DNA of 63,852 nucleotides, counting the filler, from Folioceros fuciformis (lineage: Eukaryota), in NCBI GenBank assembly GCA_049999805.1. It is 11 parts of 11 records of this genome, joined end to end, with 100 filler letters (N's around TTAATTAATTAA, not from the genome) between each part and the next. Parts side by side here need not be neighbours in the genome. Positions count along the whole stretch, not along the records: positions 1 to 10,924 come from JBNGIO010002035.1; positions 11,025 to 18,270 come from JBNGIO010002037.1; 9 more parts are not named here. One strand, given 5' to 3'. Position numbers and translations under genes: made by a program. Below the pieces are notes generated by a model. That model did no database searches and was not told the origin of the DNA. It worked only from the letters and a program-made list of their open reading frames with translations. Of this stretch, positions 1 through 11,276 are shown piece by piece; within the stretch, counting starts at the first letter, position 1; every line of letters begins with the position of its first letter.

Positions 1-1292
1 ACGCCCCCTTCCTTCCGCAGCGTAAAAGGAAGCAACGGCCTCGAATCTCGTCTAAACACTCCGCAGCGCTCCACTTGCAATTCACTCACTCCCTCTCACA
101 CGACTCAGCACTAGGCTCCAAGTAGCTTGCCGTCCACTGACGACTCGCAGGCCACCTCCTCTAGGTGCTGCTCTTTATTCCAGTTACTTACAAAAGAGTC
201 TGGTGATCTACGCCCCACTGGCTACTGTCCTCGACTCTATCTGACAAGCTTGCTCTTCAAGCCCTCCACAGCTATGCCTCCAGGCTAGACTTCTCACTGT
301 TTGCCTTTTTGTGTATCAGTGTATCACAGTATCCTTAAGACCCTAACACTGGCCTATTTATACTCCACAGCTAAGCCACTGCTAAAACTGGGAATGATAC
401 ACACCACTCATCCTAGAATATTAGTGGTCATTACAACTCCATCCTTCTTAGGAGGTTTTGCCTGGAACACACATTTTGTTTCCAAAGGCAGCAAGAAGCA
501 TACTTGCTTCTTCATCAAGACAGCTCTAAATTTAGCTTTCACCTTTCTACTTTTAACTTTCACCTTGTTTCATTTATGCCATTACTCTAGAAAGGCTATT
601 TTATGTGAGACTTCAATGGAAGTAATTACCAATTAGATTAGAAAACTGAAGGGATTAAAAATAAATACATAACAATGGAATGGATCGTTAGGCGGCTTGT
701 AACCAGTGCTGGCAGAACCCAGGAGGCTTTGGCTCTGAAGTTAGCACCTTGAAACACGAAGTATGTGCTGTACATTGCTCGTGGAGATTTCTAGTTCTTG
801 AAGAAGGGATGTCCTGCTCTCCATCTGGAGAATGTCCCACAGCTTCTAAAAGTTGCATGAGTAGCACCAATTATGCACATGGCCTCCTGCCATGACCGGA
901 CAAAAACTGGAATTCAGTTGCCCTCGTCAGAAATTGAGAGCACGGCACCGTCTCCACGGGATGTTAGAGAAGCTGTGGCACACCTTTTCTCGATGCTCGC
1001 AATCAGCACGTGTGGTCCGTCTTTTTGTGCACGGGCGCAATTGCGACGGGTGGTGGTAGCCTAACACGCAGCCAACAACATAATGGTTTTGCTTAAGATA
1101 CGGTTTCAAGCCGGTGAAAATTCCAGCTGGTTGGCAGTGGCGCACTCCAGCTGCTCATGCATCGGGAGTTACTGGCATTCTTCGAATTCGGGCGCTGATT
1201 CTACGCATGGACGGAGCCTGGAGGCATGATGATGGTGTAGAGTGCCTGAACAGACGAATGCCTTGTGGTAGAACTGTCCAGCTCTAACCTGC

Positions 1293-4200
1293 ATGCTAGC
1301 TTCCAGCGCTTCGTCACGAGCTTGTTCATGGGGGACGAATCTGGTGCCGTTTAGTACTGCCCTCCATGGCGGCGAGGACATCAGGCGTCTGTGTGGAGAT
1401 GGAAATGCGAAGGAGGGGCTGGTCCGGTACGTCATTGAGGGCTCTGTGGCCTCTGTTGAGACCTGCGTGGCCAGGGAGCTGGACAGGGACATGTCCAGCC
1501 ATGGTCTGGAGTCGGAGAGGAGCTGCATGAGCAATTCTTTGGTTGCCATACAGGGTCGATCAGGGGCCCCGGAAGGGTTCAACGTTGTGGACCGACGCAG
1601 TGCGTCCTCTTGGGAAGCAGACATTTCGGGGTTTACTGCCAAAGGTCAAGGTGAAGAGGCTTTGAAAACTTTTCACCGGATGATGGAGGAAGGTCAAGAA
1701 CCGAACAAGCCCATATTTATCAGCGTGCTGAAAGCCTGCACCAGCTTGGCAGACCTGTCTCAGGGAAAGTGGATACACGGGGAATTGAGTCGGAGGGGTT
1801 ATGGGTCAGATGCCTATGTGGTCACCACCCTTATCAGCATGTATGCAAAGTGTGGGAGCGTTTTGGAAGCACGGGCAGTTTTTGATGCGATACCCCGCCC
1901 TAGAGTGGCAACGTGGAATGCTATTATTGATGGATATGCCCAGCAACAACAGGATGGGGACATGGCTTTGGGACTCTATCGGCAAATGCTGAAGGCAGGC
2001 TGCAATCCGGACAACTGGACATTCGTTGGAGTACTGAAAGCTTGCAGCAGCTCGGCAAGCATGGAGGAAGGGATTTTCATCGACGGACAGATCGTCAAGC
2101 CCAACTGCCTCCTCAAGGGTAAGGTGATTCATGTTGAAATTTCCAAGAGGGGGTTTGCATTGGATTCCTATTTGGGACCCAACTTACTACATATGTATGC
2201 GAAATGTGGGAGCATGGTGGATGCACAGCACGTCTTCAACATGATGTCACAACGGAGTGTACTATCATGGAATGGAATGATTGCAGGATTCGTTCAGCAA
2301 AAACAGTTTGAGAAGGCTTTGCAGTTGTATGACCAAATGCAGGAAGAGGATGTCCTCCCAAACAGTAGGGTATTCGTCAGTGCACTGAAGGCATGTGGCA
2401 TGTTGGCTGAGACTGCAACAGATACCCTCAGTGAGGGGCAGCTGAACAAGGTGGAGTGCCTTCAGAAGGGGAAGGCCATTCATGCAGACCTTGTCAGCCT
2501 AGGTCAGCGTTCTGACTCATTTGTTGGCAACATTCTCGTGCATATGTATGCAAAATGTGGGAGCATTTTGGATGCTCGGCATGTGTTTGACACCTTATCT
2601 GAGAGAGACCTGGTGTCCTGGAATGCGATGATTGCTGGGTATGCTGAACTAGAAGAGGGTGAGGAGGCACTACACCTGTATGATCGCATGCAGATTGAGG
2701 GTGTGATGCCAGACAATCGGACGTTTGTGTTCTTACTCAAAGCCTGTGGCAGCCTTGCAGACATGGCAAATGGAAGACCTGATGGCGTGCCAGGTGTCGA
2801 ATCGCCCGCACTTCGACAGGTTAGGTCGCTCCATGCGGAAGTCATCAGGCAGGGTTACGATTTAGACATATTTGTCGGCACCACGTTGGTGGACATGTAT
2901 GCAAAATGTGGGAGCATGCCTGATGCCCAGCGTTTCTTTGAAACATTACCCCAGCGAAATGTGGTTGTGTGGAATGCAATCATCGGTGGATATGCAGCTC
3001 AGGAAGAAGGTGATAGAGCGTTACAGCTTTATGCTCAGATGCGGCAAGAGGGGGTTATGCCAAACAATTGGATATTTGTCAGCGTACTGAGAGCATGTGG
3101 GAGCCTAGCAGCATTGGAGAAGGGGGCACTTCTCGATGGAAGACTTGTGAAACAAGTCTCTCTGCAGCGGTGTCGGAACATTCATGCTGAGCTTATCCTG
3201 AAGGGCTGTGAATCCGATGTGTTTGTGGGCACAACTCTGGTTGACGTTTATGCCAAATGTGGCAGCATGTTGGATGCACGGCGTGTATTTGACACCTTGT
3301 GGCTTCGGAACGTGGTCTCATGGAGTGCTATGATCGCTGCATATGCTGAACAAGAAGAGGGTAGCGAAGCACTCCAGCTGTATGTCCAAATGTGCACGGA
3401 GGGTGTTACGCCTAACACCCGAACCTTTGTCAGCGTCCTCACAGCATGCTGCGGCTTGGCAGCGACCGAAGAGGAGACTGTGGTCGCTGGACAGTCGATG
3501 AGGCTGAAGACCCTGGAAAAGGGAAAGGCCATTCATGCAGATGCGATTAGAATGGGCTGTGATTCTGATGTTTATGTTGGGAACAGCCTTATCCACATGT
3601 ATGCAAAATGTGGCAGCCTTGTGGATGCTCGTCAAGTGTTTGACAACCTACCCCAGAGGGATGTGGTATCGTGGAATGCAATTATTGCTGCATATGCAGA
3701 CGAACAAGGGGAGGAGGCGCTTCAAATGTTTGGCCAAGCACAGCAGGAGGGTGGAAGCTTAAACAACTGGATGTTCGTAAGTGCACTCAGAGCATGTAGC
3801 AGCTTGGCAGAAAGGGAGAAGGATACTCTGATCAAGGGTCAGTCATTGAAGCTGGACGCGTTGCAGAAGGGTAAAGCAATACATGCTGAAGTGCTGCGAA
3901 GGGGATACGGATCAAATTCAATGGTTGCCAACGCACTTGTCTACATGTATGCCAAATGTGGGAGTGTTGTGGATGCATGGGCAGTGTTTGACACGCTAGA
4001 TGAGCGGAATGTGGTGTCATGGAACTCCATGATTTCAGGATACTCATTGCAAGGGCAGGGTGAGAAAGCTATGCAGCTTTATCCTCAGATGAAGGTAGAG
4101 GGAATTGTGCCCACGGAGGCTACATTTCTGTGCATCCTGAAAGCTTGCAGCAACGTGGGAGCTTTGCGGATGTGCAGCCAGATCCACCGAGACATATGCA

Positions 4201-4970
4201 GAGATGGACAAAATTGGACTCTTGATGTGGGGAATGCTCTCATTCACGCTTATGGCAAATGTGGGAACATGCTGAATGCCCGGCATGTGTTTGACACGTT
4301 GCCCTGGCGCGACGTAGTATCATGGAATTCATTGATAGCTGGGTATGCCCGACAAGGGGAATCTGAAACAGCTTTGCAGTGTTACGAGGAAATGCAACAT
4401 GCCGGCATAAAACCAGATGCAGTCACATTCCTGTGCGTCATTACTGCATGCAGTCATGCTGGTGCAGTTGAAAGTGGCCTTAAGTTCTTCGAGTCTATGG
4501 ACAGAGACCATGCAATCAGTGCCACCCTCCAGCATTATGCCAGCTTGGTGGATCTCCTAAGCCGTGCAGGTCTCCTAAAGGAAGCAGAGGATCTGATTCT
4601 TAAACTCCCAGTACAACCTGAACTGGGCATGTGGCTATCCTTGCTGGGCGCGTGCCGAAAGTATGGCGATGTGGAGCTTGGCCGACGTGCTTTCCGCCAC
4701 GCTGTTGCGGTAGAACCAGAGCACAGAGCATCCTACATCCTCATGTCAAACATCTACGCCCATGCCGACATGCTGGAAGAGGCAGCCATGGTAGAGGACT
4801 CAAGAAGTGCTGCGGGTGCATCCAAGAAACCGGGGCAGAGCTGGATCGAGCTCGGAGGCAACGTCGAGGTGTTCGTAGCAGGCAGAAATCACAAACAGAA
4901 CCAGCAGATCACAGAAAAACTGAACCACCTTTCCGCACAAATCCTGGACGATGGGTGCGATGTTCCTTAA
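1293..4970 (+). CDS. PLS-class pentatricopeptide repeat protein, E/E+ subclass (organellar RNA-editing factor), no DYW domain
   Basis: Intronless 1225-aa ORF with repeated P-L-S triplets (MYAKCGS.xDAxxVFD, VVSWNAMIAGY, TFVxVLKAC). It ends in E1/E2 (WLSLLGACRKYGDVELG, YILMSNIYA) and a PG-box/E+ (KKPGQSWIE), then stops. The exact start codon is uncertain. Confidence 0.95.
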   Translation: MLASSASSRACSWGTNLVPFSTALHGGEDIRRLCGDGNAKEGLVRYVIEGSVASVETCVARELDRDMSSHGLESERSCMSNSLVAIQGRSGAPEGFNVVDRRSASSWEADISGFTAKGQGEEALKTFHRMMEEGQEPNKPIFISVLKACTSLADLSQGKWIHGELSRRGYGSDAYVVTTLISMYAKCGSVLEARAVFDAIPRPRVATWNAIIDGYAQQQQDGDMALGLYRQMLKAGCNPDNWTFVGVLKACSSSASMEEGIFIDGQIVKPNCLLKGKVIHVEISKRGFALDSYLGPNLLHMYAKCGSMVDAQHVFNMMSQRSVLSWNGMIAGFVQQKQFEKALQLYDQMQEEDVLPNSRVFVSALKACGMLAETATDTLSEGQLNKVECLQKGKAIHADLVSLGQRSDSFVGNILVHMYAKCGSILDARHVFDTLSERDLVSWNAMIAGYAELEEGEEALHLYDRMQIEGVMPDNRTFVFLLKACGSLADMANGRPDGVPGVESPALRQVRSLHAEVIRQGYDLDIFVGTTLVDMYAKCGSMPDAQRFFETLPQRNVVVWNAIIGGYAAQEEGDRALQLYAQMRQEGVMPNNWIFVSVLRACGSLAALEKGALLDGRLVKQVSLQRCRNIHAELILKGCESDVFVGTTLVDVYAKCGSMLDARRVFDTLWLRNVVSWSAMIAAYAEQEEGSEALQLYVQMCTEGVTPNTRTFVSVLTACCGLAATEEETVVAGQSMRLKTLEKGKAIHADAIRMGCDSDVYVGNSLIHMYAKCGSLVDARQVFDNLPQRDVVSWNAIIAAYADEQGEEALQMFGQAQQEGGSLNNWMFVSALRACSSLAEREKDTLIKGQSLKLDALQKGKAIHAEVLRRGYGSNSMVANALVYMYAKCGSVVDAWAVFDTLDERNVVSWNSMISGYSLQGQGEKAMQLYPQMKVEGIVPTEATFLCILKACSNVGALRMCSQIHRDICRDGQNWTLDVGNALIHAYGKCGNMLNARHVFDTLPWRDVVSWNSLIAGYARQGESETALQCYEEMQHAGIKPDAVTFLCVITACSHAGAVESGLKFFESMDRDHAISATLQHYASLVDLLSRAGLLKEAEDLILKLPVQPELGMWLSLLGACRKYGDVELGRRAFRHAVAVEPEHRASYILMSNIYAHADMLEEAAMVEDSRSAAGASKKPGQSWIELGGNVEVFVAGRNHKQNQQITEKLNHLSAQILDDGCDVP

Positions 4971-5771
4971 TTGCTTTGGCTGCTTGTAACTCTGCTTTAT
5001 CAGACGGCTCGCACAGTCGTGTATTCCATCCATCGCATCTCCCGAGCGTGTCGCAGGGAGTTATGTATGGATGGTTCAGTCTATCTCGCAGGTTTGCATG
5101 TTTCTCTGCGTGGGAAAAGTCGTCTCTCGTGCCAGCAACGAAAGAGGCGAGCAAGCCGGGGCCATTTGCCTGCAACTTTCCATTTTCCTCACTCTCTCTC
5201 TCTCATGGCGGGCCAACACGTTGGCCCCGTCGGAATGGGAGACCCGATGTGGATGAACTCGGCAATCCGGGACTGACCTGGCCACTGGCAACGCAGGAGT
5301 TACAGGGCCTAAACGCCCGGCATGAGAAGCTTGTGATCCCGTAGCATTACCTTCCCCGCCCCCGTGGTTGGTTTGTTGATGCTCCCGAGAGAGCCCAGCA
5401 CCGGATTCTGGTGCCTTGTCCGTGGCAGTTTCCCGAGCGGCGGTTCCTCTCCCGTTTCTGAGCTCCCGAGAGAGCCGGATCTCACTCATCTGTCCAGGAG
5501 TTGTATCGGCGGTGTGGGATTTGTAGGCCAGCTCATGGGGCGAAGGTCCCGGTGACATGGGCTCTGTGCTGTGCGTGTTGCTGTGATTGGTGTTTAACTC
5601 GCTTCGGGAGGATTAGGCGCTGAAGCGGGTCTACCCTCCTGTGGGCGCGTGGTGATGCAGCGGGAGATGGGGCTTTGATCAGCCATGTCTCATGGGCAGT
5701 ATTATGGGTTGGTAGTTGGGCTGGGTCGGAGGGCATGATGAGTCAGGGCAAAAGCAAGGGCGAGGTGAAAC

Positions 5772-8201
5772 ATGGGTAGTAATTCTGGGGAGGGAGGTGG
5801 AGAGGAGGCGAAGGAGGCAGGTTATGATGACTCTCCAATCTTCGACTCGGACGGTAGTGGCGGCCCCGAGGCGGAGCCGATCCACACTGTATCGGAGGCT
5901 GAGAAGGAGCAGGAGGTAGAGGAGCTTGTGGGTGACGGGCAGGGGCCGGGGCAGGCGCATGAGTCTGATAAATCAGGCGACGGGCAAGAAAATGTTGCTG
6001 GAGGTCAGCAGGGTCAGGTTGCTGAGGAGGGTGGGATGGAAGAGGAGGAGAAGGAGAAGGAGGTGGTGAAGGAGAGAGTTGTGACAGGGTTGTCCAGTTT
6101 CACTTTGTTTGGGAATGGGCTGCCCAAGGCCACTGTGGTCAAGACTCGTCCTGAACGATCGTCTGTACCCAAGACGGCGGTTGTGAAGGAGGAAGAGTGT
6201 GCGAGTGGTTTGGTGTCTGCGGAGTTCCAGGCTGCACGGAAATCCCTGTATGAGAGTCTGGAGAAGGCAAGGGAGTTGTCTGCGGCCCTGGAGGCTTCTC
6301 ATGTGCGGCTGAGGGGTATTGGGGAGCGTATACCCAATCTGGAGGCGGCAATGGAGCCCCTGCAGGCGCAGTCGAAGCTGGTGCGGGGCCTGAACGGTCG
6401 CATTGACCGAGCCATGGGGCCTGCTGCAGCTGTGCTGAAGGGTTTTGATAACCTGCACGATTTGGAGGTGGTTTTGTTGGACGGGGTTGGGGAGGATTTG
6501 TTTGGATACCTCACTGCAGTCGCCCGGCTGGAGGATTCGCTTGAATTTCTGGGGAAAAATTGCCCAGTTGCAGTGCAGTGGTTGCAGGAAGCTGTTGATT
6601 TTCTTGGCAAGAGTGCGGTGACGGATAAGTACCGAATGCATAGGCTGAACGAAGCTCTGTCGGTGTTGCGGCAAGCTCAGGCGGCTCCCGAGCAAACGGG
6701 GCTTGATGGCGGGCTCTTGAATTTGGCTCTGGAGCAATTGGAATCGGAGTTCGGCAACATTGTGTTGCACCACAGCACGCCTGTGTCGCTCCCTGAGGCT
6801 GCTCCTGTGGGGACGGAGGAGACTGTCCTGATGCCGCCGGATGTTGTAGAGAAGCTGCAGAGCATTGTGCACAAGCTGTCCGTGAACCGACAACTGGATG
6901 GGTGTGTGGAGGCGTATTGTCAGGCACGTAGCTCCAGTGCCCTTGGGAGTTTGAAGTATCTGGGGGGCGACTACCTGCAGTACTCCACTCCGGAGGTTAT
7001 CAATATGCTGGACTGGAATGACTTGGAAGGGTACATCGGGCTGTGGACCCAGCAGTTTGAGGTGGCAGTGAAGCTCTTGTATGGGCCTGAACGTAGTCTG
7101 TGTGCTCAAGTGTTTGCCAGGGCGGAACCTCATGTATGGCGGGATTGCTTCCTGCGCTTGTCCCAAGCTGGCATGCTCTTGTTTCTGCAATTTGGAGAAG
7201 GAGTGGCACGTAGCCAAAAGACGCCTGAGAAGCTATTCAAGCTGTTGGATATGTTTGAGGCTCTGGAGAATCTCAGCCCGAGCATTGCTGAGGTGTTCGC
7301 AGGTGAGGGTTGCACAGAGATGAGGTCACGGGCAAGGGAACTGCAGAAACATCTGGTGCATGGGTCGTGTCAGGTACTGTGGGAGTTCTCGAGGCAGCTT
7401 CTGGAGGGGCAGACTGAGGGCACTTTACCAGCGGATGGGAGCCATCCTAAGCTTTCGAGTTATGTCATCAATTACGTGAAGTATCTTGTCAGTGAATTCT
7501 ATGGGCCCATCATGGCTCAGGTGTTGAAAATAGAGCAGAGCTGGAGACAAGAGCCGCCGAAGAAGGAGGAGAGGGGGCTTGCTCACGCAGTACTCACCAT
7601 AGTGCAGGCATTGGAGAGGAATGCTGAAGCAAGAGCAAAGGGATACAAGGATCCAGCACTAGCACATATATTTCTCATGAACAACATCCAATACATGTAC
7701 GACAGGTCTAGTAAGTGTGAGCTAGGTGCCTTGTTAGGTGACTCATGGATGAGGGAGCACCGCAGGAAGGTGGAGCAGCATTCTCTGGGTTACCAAAGGG
7801 AAGACTGGGGCAAAGTGCTTGCACACCTCAGCAGAGAGGGATTGCTGGTTTCCAGTGGAGGCAGGGGTGCTGCCCGCGACTTGGTCAAGCAGAGACTCAG
7901 GTTGTTCACGACAGCATTTGAAGAGACCGTTTACAAGCAAAGCAAGTGGAGCATTCCTGATGCCGATCTCCGCAGGGATGTGAGACAAGCAGTGGTGCAA
8001 GTAGTGCAGTCCGCATATCGCAGCTACATTCAGAGCTACGGGTCACTGTTGGATCAGGGGGCAGCAGCCAGTAGGTACCTCAAGTATACGCCTGAAAGTC
8101 TAGAAACTAAGCTGAACGACTTATTCCTTGGGCCTAACAACCTGTACGGGCCTGGTGCCACATCCTCTCGGAACGGAGATAATGGTCCAAACTCATTGTA
8201 G
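5772..8201 (+). CDS. EXO70: Exocyst subunit Exo70, Exo70.3 (G/I-like) clade, with acidic N-terminal extension
   Basis: 809-aa intronless ORF with Exo70 motifs PEKLFKLLDMFE, PADGSHPKLSSYVINY, LAHIFLMNN, WSIPDADLR and YLKYTPESLE. The segments RAMGPAAAVLK, LDGGLL and SREGLL..SGG..ARDLVKQRL resemble Exo70G. Confidence 0.93.
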   Translation: MGSNSGEGGGEEAKEAGYDDSPIFDSDGSGGPEAEPIHTVSEAEKEQEVEELVGDGQGPGQAHESDKSGDGQENVAGGQQGQVAEEGGMEEEEKEKEVVKERVVTGLSSFTLFGNGLPKATVVKTRPERSSVPKTAVVKEEECASGLVSAEFQAARKSLYESLEKARELSAALEASHVRLRGIGERIPNLEAAMEPLQAQSKLVRGLNGRIDRAMGPAAAVLKGFDNLHDLEVVLLDGVGEDLFGYLTAVARLEDSLEFLGKNCPVAVQWLQEAVDFLGKSAVTDKYRMHRLNEALSVLRQAQAAPEQTGLDGGLLNLALEQLESEFGNIVLHHSTPVSLPEAAPVGTEETVLMPPDVVEKLQSIVHKLSVNRQLDGCVEAYCQARSSSALGSLKYLGGDYLQYSTPEVINMLDWNDLEGYIGLWTQQFEVAVKLLYGPERSLCAQVFARAEPHVWRDCFLRLSQAGMLLFLQFGEGVARSQKTPEKLFKLLDMFEALENLSPSIAEVFAGEGCTEMRSRARELQKHLVHGSCQVLWEFSRQLLEGQTEGTLPADGSHPKLSSYVINYVKYLVSEFYGPIMAQVLKIEQSWRQEPPKKEERGLAHAVLTIVQALERNAEARAKGYKDPALAHIFLMNNIQYMYDRSSKCELGALLGDSWMREHRRKVEQHSLGYQREDWGKVLAHLSREGLLVSSGGRGAARDLVKQRLRLFTTAFEETVYKQSKWSIPDADLRRDVRQAVVQVVQSAYRSYIQSYGSLLDQGAAASRYLKYTPESLETKLNDLFLGPNNLYGPGATSSRNGDNGPNSL

Positions 8202-9048
8202 CAGGAACAAGAGTCGCCTACTGTGCTGATTCTTGACGATGAAGTACTTATGTAGATCTGTCAATCAACCGTTCAGTCAAGGATGCCGTCACCAGGTGTG
8301 GCTTTGGTGTCACCAACACCCACACCAGAGAAAAGATTTACAAGACTTGGTGCCAGCGGACTTCCTTTCAAGCAAGACCTCTAATCAAGCCAAAAACCTT
8401 GAATGATCCTATCAGTTTAGCTTCTATCCCTGCAGGTCGAATTCGTGTCGCCAACCCCTGCAGCCGGACCTGTTGGGCCTCAATTGCTGAAAGAGGCGGT
8501 GCTACACCTGAAACTCAAGAAACCAGTGGGAGAGCATCTCATTTCCCTGCGGTTCCTTGGTCTTGAGGTTACGGCCTGTCTCTCTCAATGCAACCGAGGA
8601 TTGAGATGAAGGTTTCAGTTTAGAGTTTAGGGTTAGGCTGCCACCTCTCGGCGCACCGCCTTCTGGCCTCAAAACGTGATGCGGCTCCAGACACAGCCCT
8701 GTCATGCATTGTGCAAATAATATCACGCAAAATAATGCCAGCCCTGGCCGTCTGCAATGGAGGGTCGGGCAGAAAGCTCACCAGGGGTTAGATCAATGTC
8801 ACCAGACAAACCAGGGTGCCTCCGTGAAGAGGGGCACGGGAGCTCACTCACCAACAACTGGTCTTGGATGTTTCCTCCTCCTTTTCTTTTCTTATTCTTT
8901 CGTCGGGGTGAAGATTTATGGCACGGTGGGTTCCACAGACTGAGCGCGACACCATGGCACGAATGTTACGTTATTCATTGAGAAAAAACAGTTCACAGGA
9001 AGCCAGTTTCCCTTGAGGATAAATTAATTTTGACGGTTGGGAAAAGTG

Positions 9049-9120
9049 AGGAGGCAACCAGGATTGAACTGATGACCTATCGGACTGCAGCCGATTGCTC
9101 TACCACTGAGCTATACCTCC
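9049..9120 (-). tRNA. trnC: tRNA-Cys(GCA)
   Basis: Minus strand GGAGGTATAGCTCAGTGGTAGAGCAATCGGCTGCAGTCCGATAGGTCATCAGTTCAATCCTGGTTGCCTCCT folds into a cloverleaf: acceptor GGAGGTA/TGCCTCC, anticodon stem ATCGG/CCGAT, GCA anticodon, U discriminator. A TTTT Pol III terminator lies 3 nt downstream. Confidence 0.93.
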
Positions 9121-9717
9121 GTGGACACCGACGTGACAAATGCTATTAAAACTTTCACTAAATAAACTCTTGCTTTCATGGTAAAATCCCAAGGACCGGA
9201 TTTAAGAAAGGGAAAAGGTGAGTGAAAAGGAAGGCATCTACCTACCCTTTATTACTTACAAGATGATCCATCGCGAGTCGAGGAAGTGTAGATGGTGTCC
9301 TCCTGGACTGGCGCATTTCCGGTTCTCCAAATGTGGCTGGCATTCAGGGTTGCAGACTTACACCGCATATAGCTGGCTTTGCCACGCTGCCTGGATTGGG
9401 TTCGTGAGATGTTCATGGAGTCATGGACACGAGCACCTTGTCAGAAGAAATGTGCAGTGACAGCGACGACAACAACAGTCTGGAGAATGATGCAGATCTC
9501 TACTCTGGCCATGTCTCCTTTAGAACATCTTGCAGCCTGACGGACCTACGTCACCGTGAAGGGATGTGTAAAGAAACTCGTGACAACATTAAGGGCGATG
9601 CCGTGCGGACACGGGAAGGACACAGCCACAGGCTGTTATCCCCCACAATGACTCCACCTGCAAACTTGGCGACTTGTCTCCTGACACCGACAAGGGTGTT
9701 GCCGCCTATGATCCAGA

Positions 9718-10924
9718 CTAGTTGGTCTGGTTGCAATGCAGCCTGACTTGGCCGGCACTGCTCGCCAGAACCCCGATAGATCCCATCTTGATCATGGGCG
9801 CGCCCACTCCGACGAATTTCGAGCGAGGACTCGCCACCTGGCGCCGCACCATGGCGACAGTGTCGGGGTCGTCAAGGAGAGCATCGTCGGAGTGGAAGAG
9901 AGCCGTTTTGCCCACGATTCCCTGATAATATGTGGTGTCGACGATGGCGGAAGTGGCGTCCCTGGGCACAAACACGCCCCCGTCTCCGCCGAACGGGCAC
10001 GACTGCCGGAGCTGGGCGGAACGGGCTGGTGTCAAGAGCGGGTCCTGGATTGGGGTGCCGGAGCTGTCGTAGAGGCGGTCGGAGAATGTGAGGCACCTCG
10101 CCCGCCCGACCGTGTGAAGGCCGGAGAGCACCACCAGATCGTGCTTGTCCAGCCCCACCTTGGCGAAGATGGATTCCAGGGTGGCGATGGGGTGAAACGG
10201 GGCAGGGAGGCCCAGCAGCGGGCCCAGAAATCCGCCGGATGTAAGGCCGTCGAACCTGCCGGTGGGCACAGTGTAGGCCTCGCCTTTCAGCTGCGCGCAT
10301 GTACGTCCATGGACCGTCATACGCATGCGGACGTGTGGGCGTCAGAGTTGTGAAAGTCGTCAGTGACGGCATGGAAATTCGAACTGCGGATGTGGAAGAC
10401 TTACAAGGGCAATGCAGTCGCGTGCGGCCAGGGCGAGGATATCTGTGCACGACACAAGCGAAGGGCAGCATTTCTCCAGAGAACATTTCATGTTCTCCAC
10501 CAGGGCGAATCCTCTCAGCGAGTTGAAGTTGGGGGGCGAGTTCTTCTCGCTGTCAGGGGTGTCCAGCAGGACAGAACCGTCGCAGCCCTGCAGCCAGCCC
10601 TGTTGGATCCACCGGGACTTGTCGGAGCAACACAGTACACGCACTTACGAGAGAGGGGCACACATACTGACTGAGACTGCTCATTCTCGATCACCTGAAC
10701 GAAGCAGTCGTGGAAGTGAAGGCGGATTAAGGAAGCACAGATGGTGCGGTCGGCAAGGAATGCCTTCTTCACACCCACGGACACGATATGCTCCACGTCA
10801 CGCCCTTTGCACTTGCCGCGGTAGAATCCAACCTTGAGATCGGCCGCTGCCAACAACGCCGGCGCCAAACCCAGAAGCAGGACAACTGCGCAGCAAAGGC
10901 ATGTCCGCAGCGCTAGCGCAGATC
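9718..10924 (-). CDS. Class III secretory peroxidase, 5' end cut by contig edge; exons 10924-10695, 10587-10405, 10290-9718
   Basis: Signal peptide, then distal RLHFHDCFVQ|GCDGSVLL, VSCTDILALAARD, VPTGRFDG, proximal DLVVLSGLHTVG and C-terminal MIKMG...GQVRLHC. Two GT-AG introns (107 and 114 bp) sit at canonical positions. Confidence 0.92.
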
Positions 10925-11024
10925 NNNNNNNNNNNNNNNNNNNNNNNNNNNNNNNNNNNNNNNNNNNNTTAATTAATTAANNNNNNNNNNNNNNNNNNNN
11001 NNNNNNNNNNNNNNNNNNNNNNNN
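10925..11024. other. Artificial contig-joining spacer; nine more at 18271, 29736, 32107, 36924, 39887, 45283, 54169, 58899 and 62374 (100 bp each)
   Basis: Identical N44-TTAATTAATTAA-N44 structure each time; the 12-mer gives stops in all six frames. Confidence 0.98.
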
Positions 11025-11276
11025 AATCACCCAACCCTATGGCCTGGTACCGAACCTAAACCTTCCCAGGTCTGGGACCAAACCTATACCCACTCTTATA
11101 ACCAAACCAACTATTTCCTGGTCAATTAACCTAATTAGCACAAAGAAAAATAGGAAAAATGATCAGAAAATCAAGGAAAATTAGGAAAAATAAGTTGAAA
11201 AAGAAAACCAAACCATACCACTATTAACCCTTTTTCAACCAAAACAAACTACTACCCCAAACTTTGGAGGTTCACA
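11025..11276 (-). repeat. Terminus of a dispersed element (probable LTR starting TGTGAACCTCCAAAG); other copies start at 29182 (+) and 39824 (+)
   Basis: Near-identical sequence in three contigs, sharing an exact TG boundary and each running into a contig end. Confidence 0.8.

Noticed and set aside
5973-7217. 414-aa minus-strand ORF (also 4631-5344, 57504-58193 and the ORFs over the peroxidase)
   Set aside because: Shadow frames of GC-rich real genes, with no recognisable motifs.
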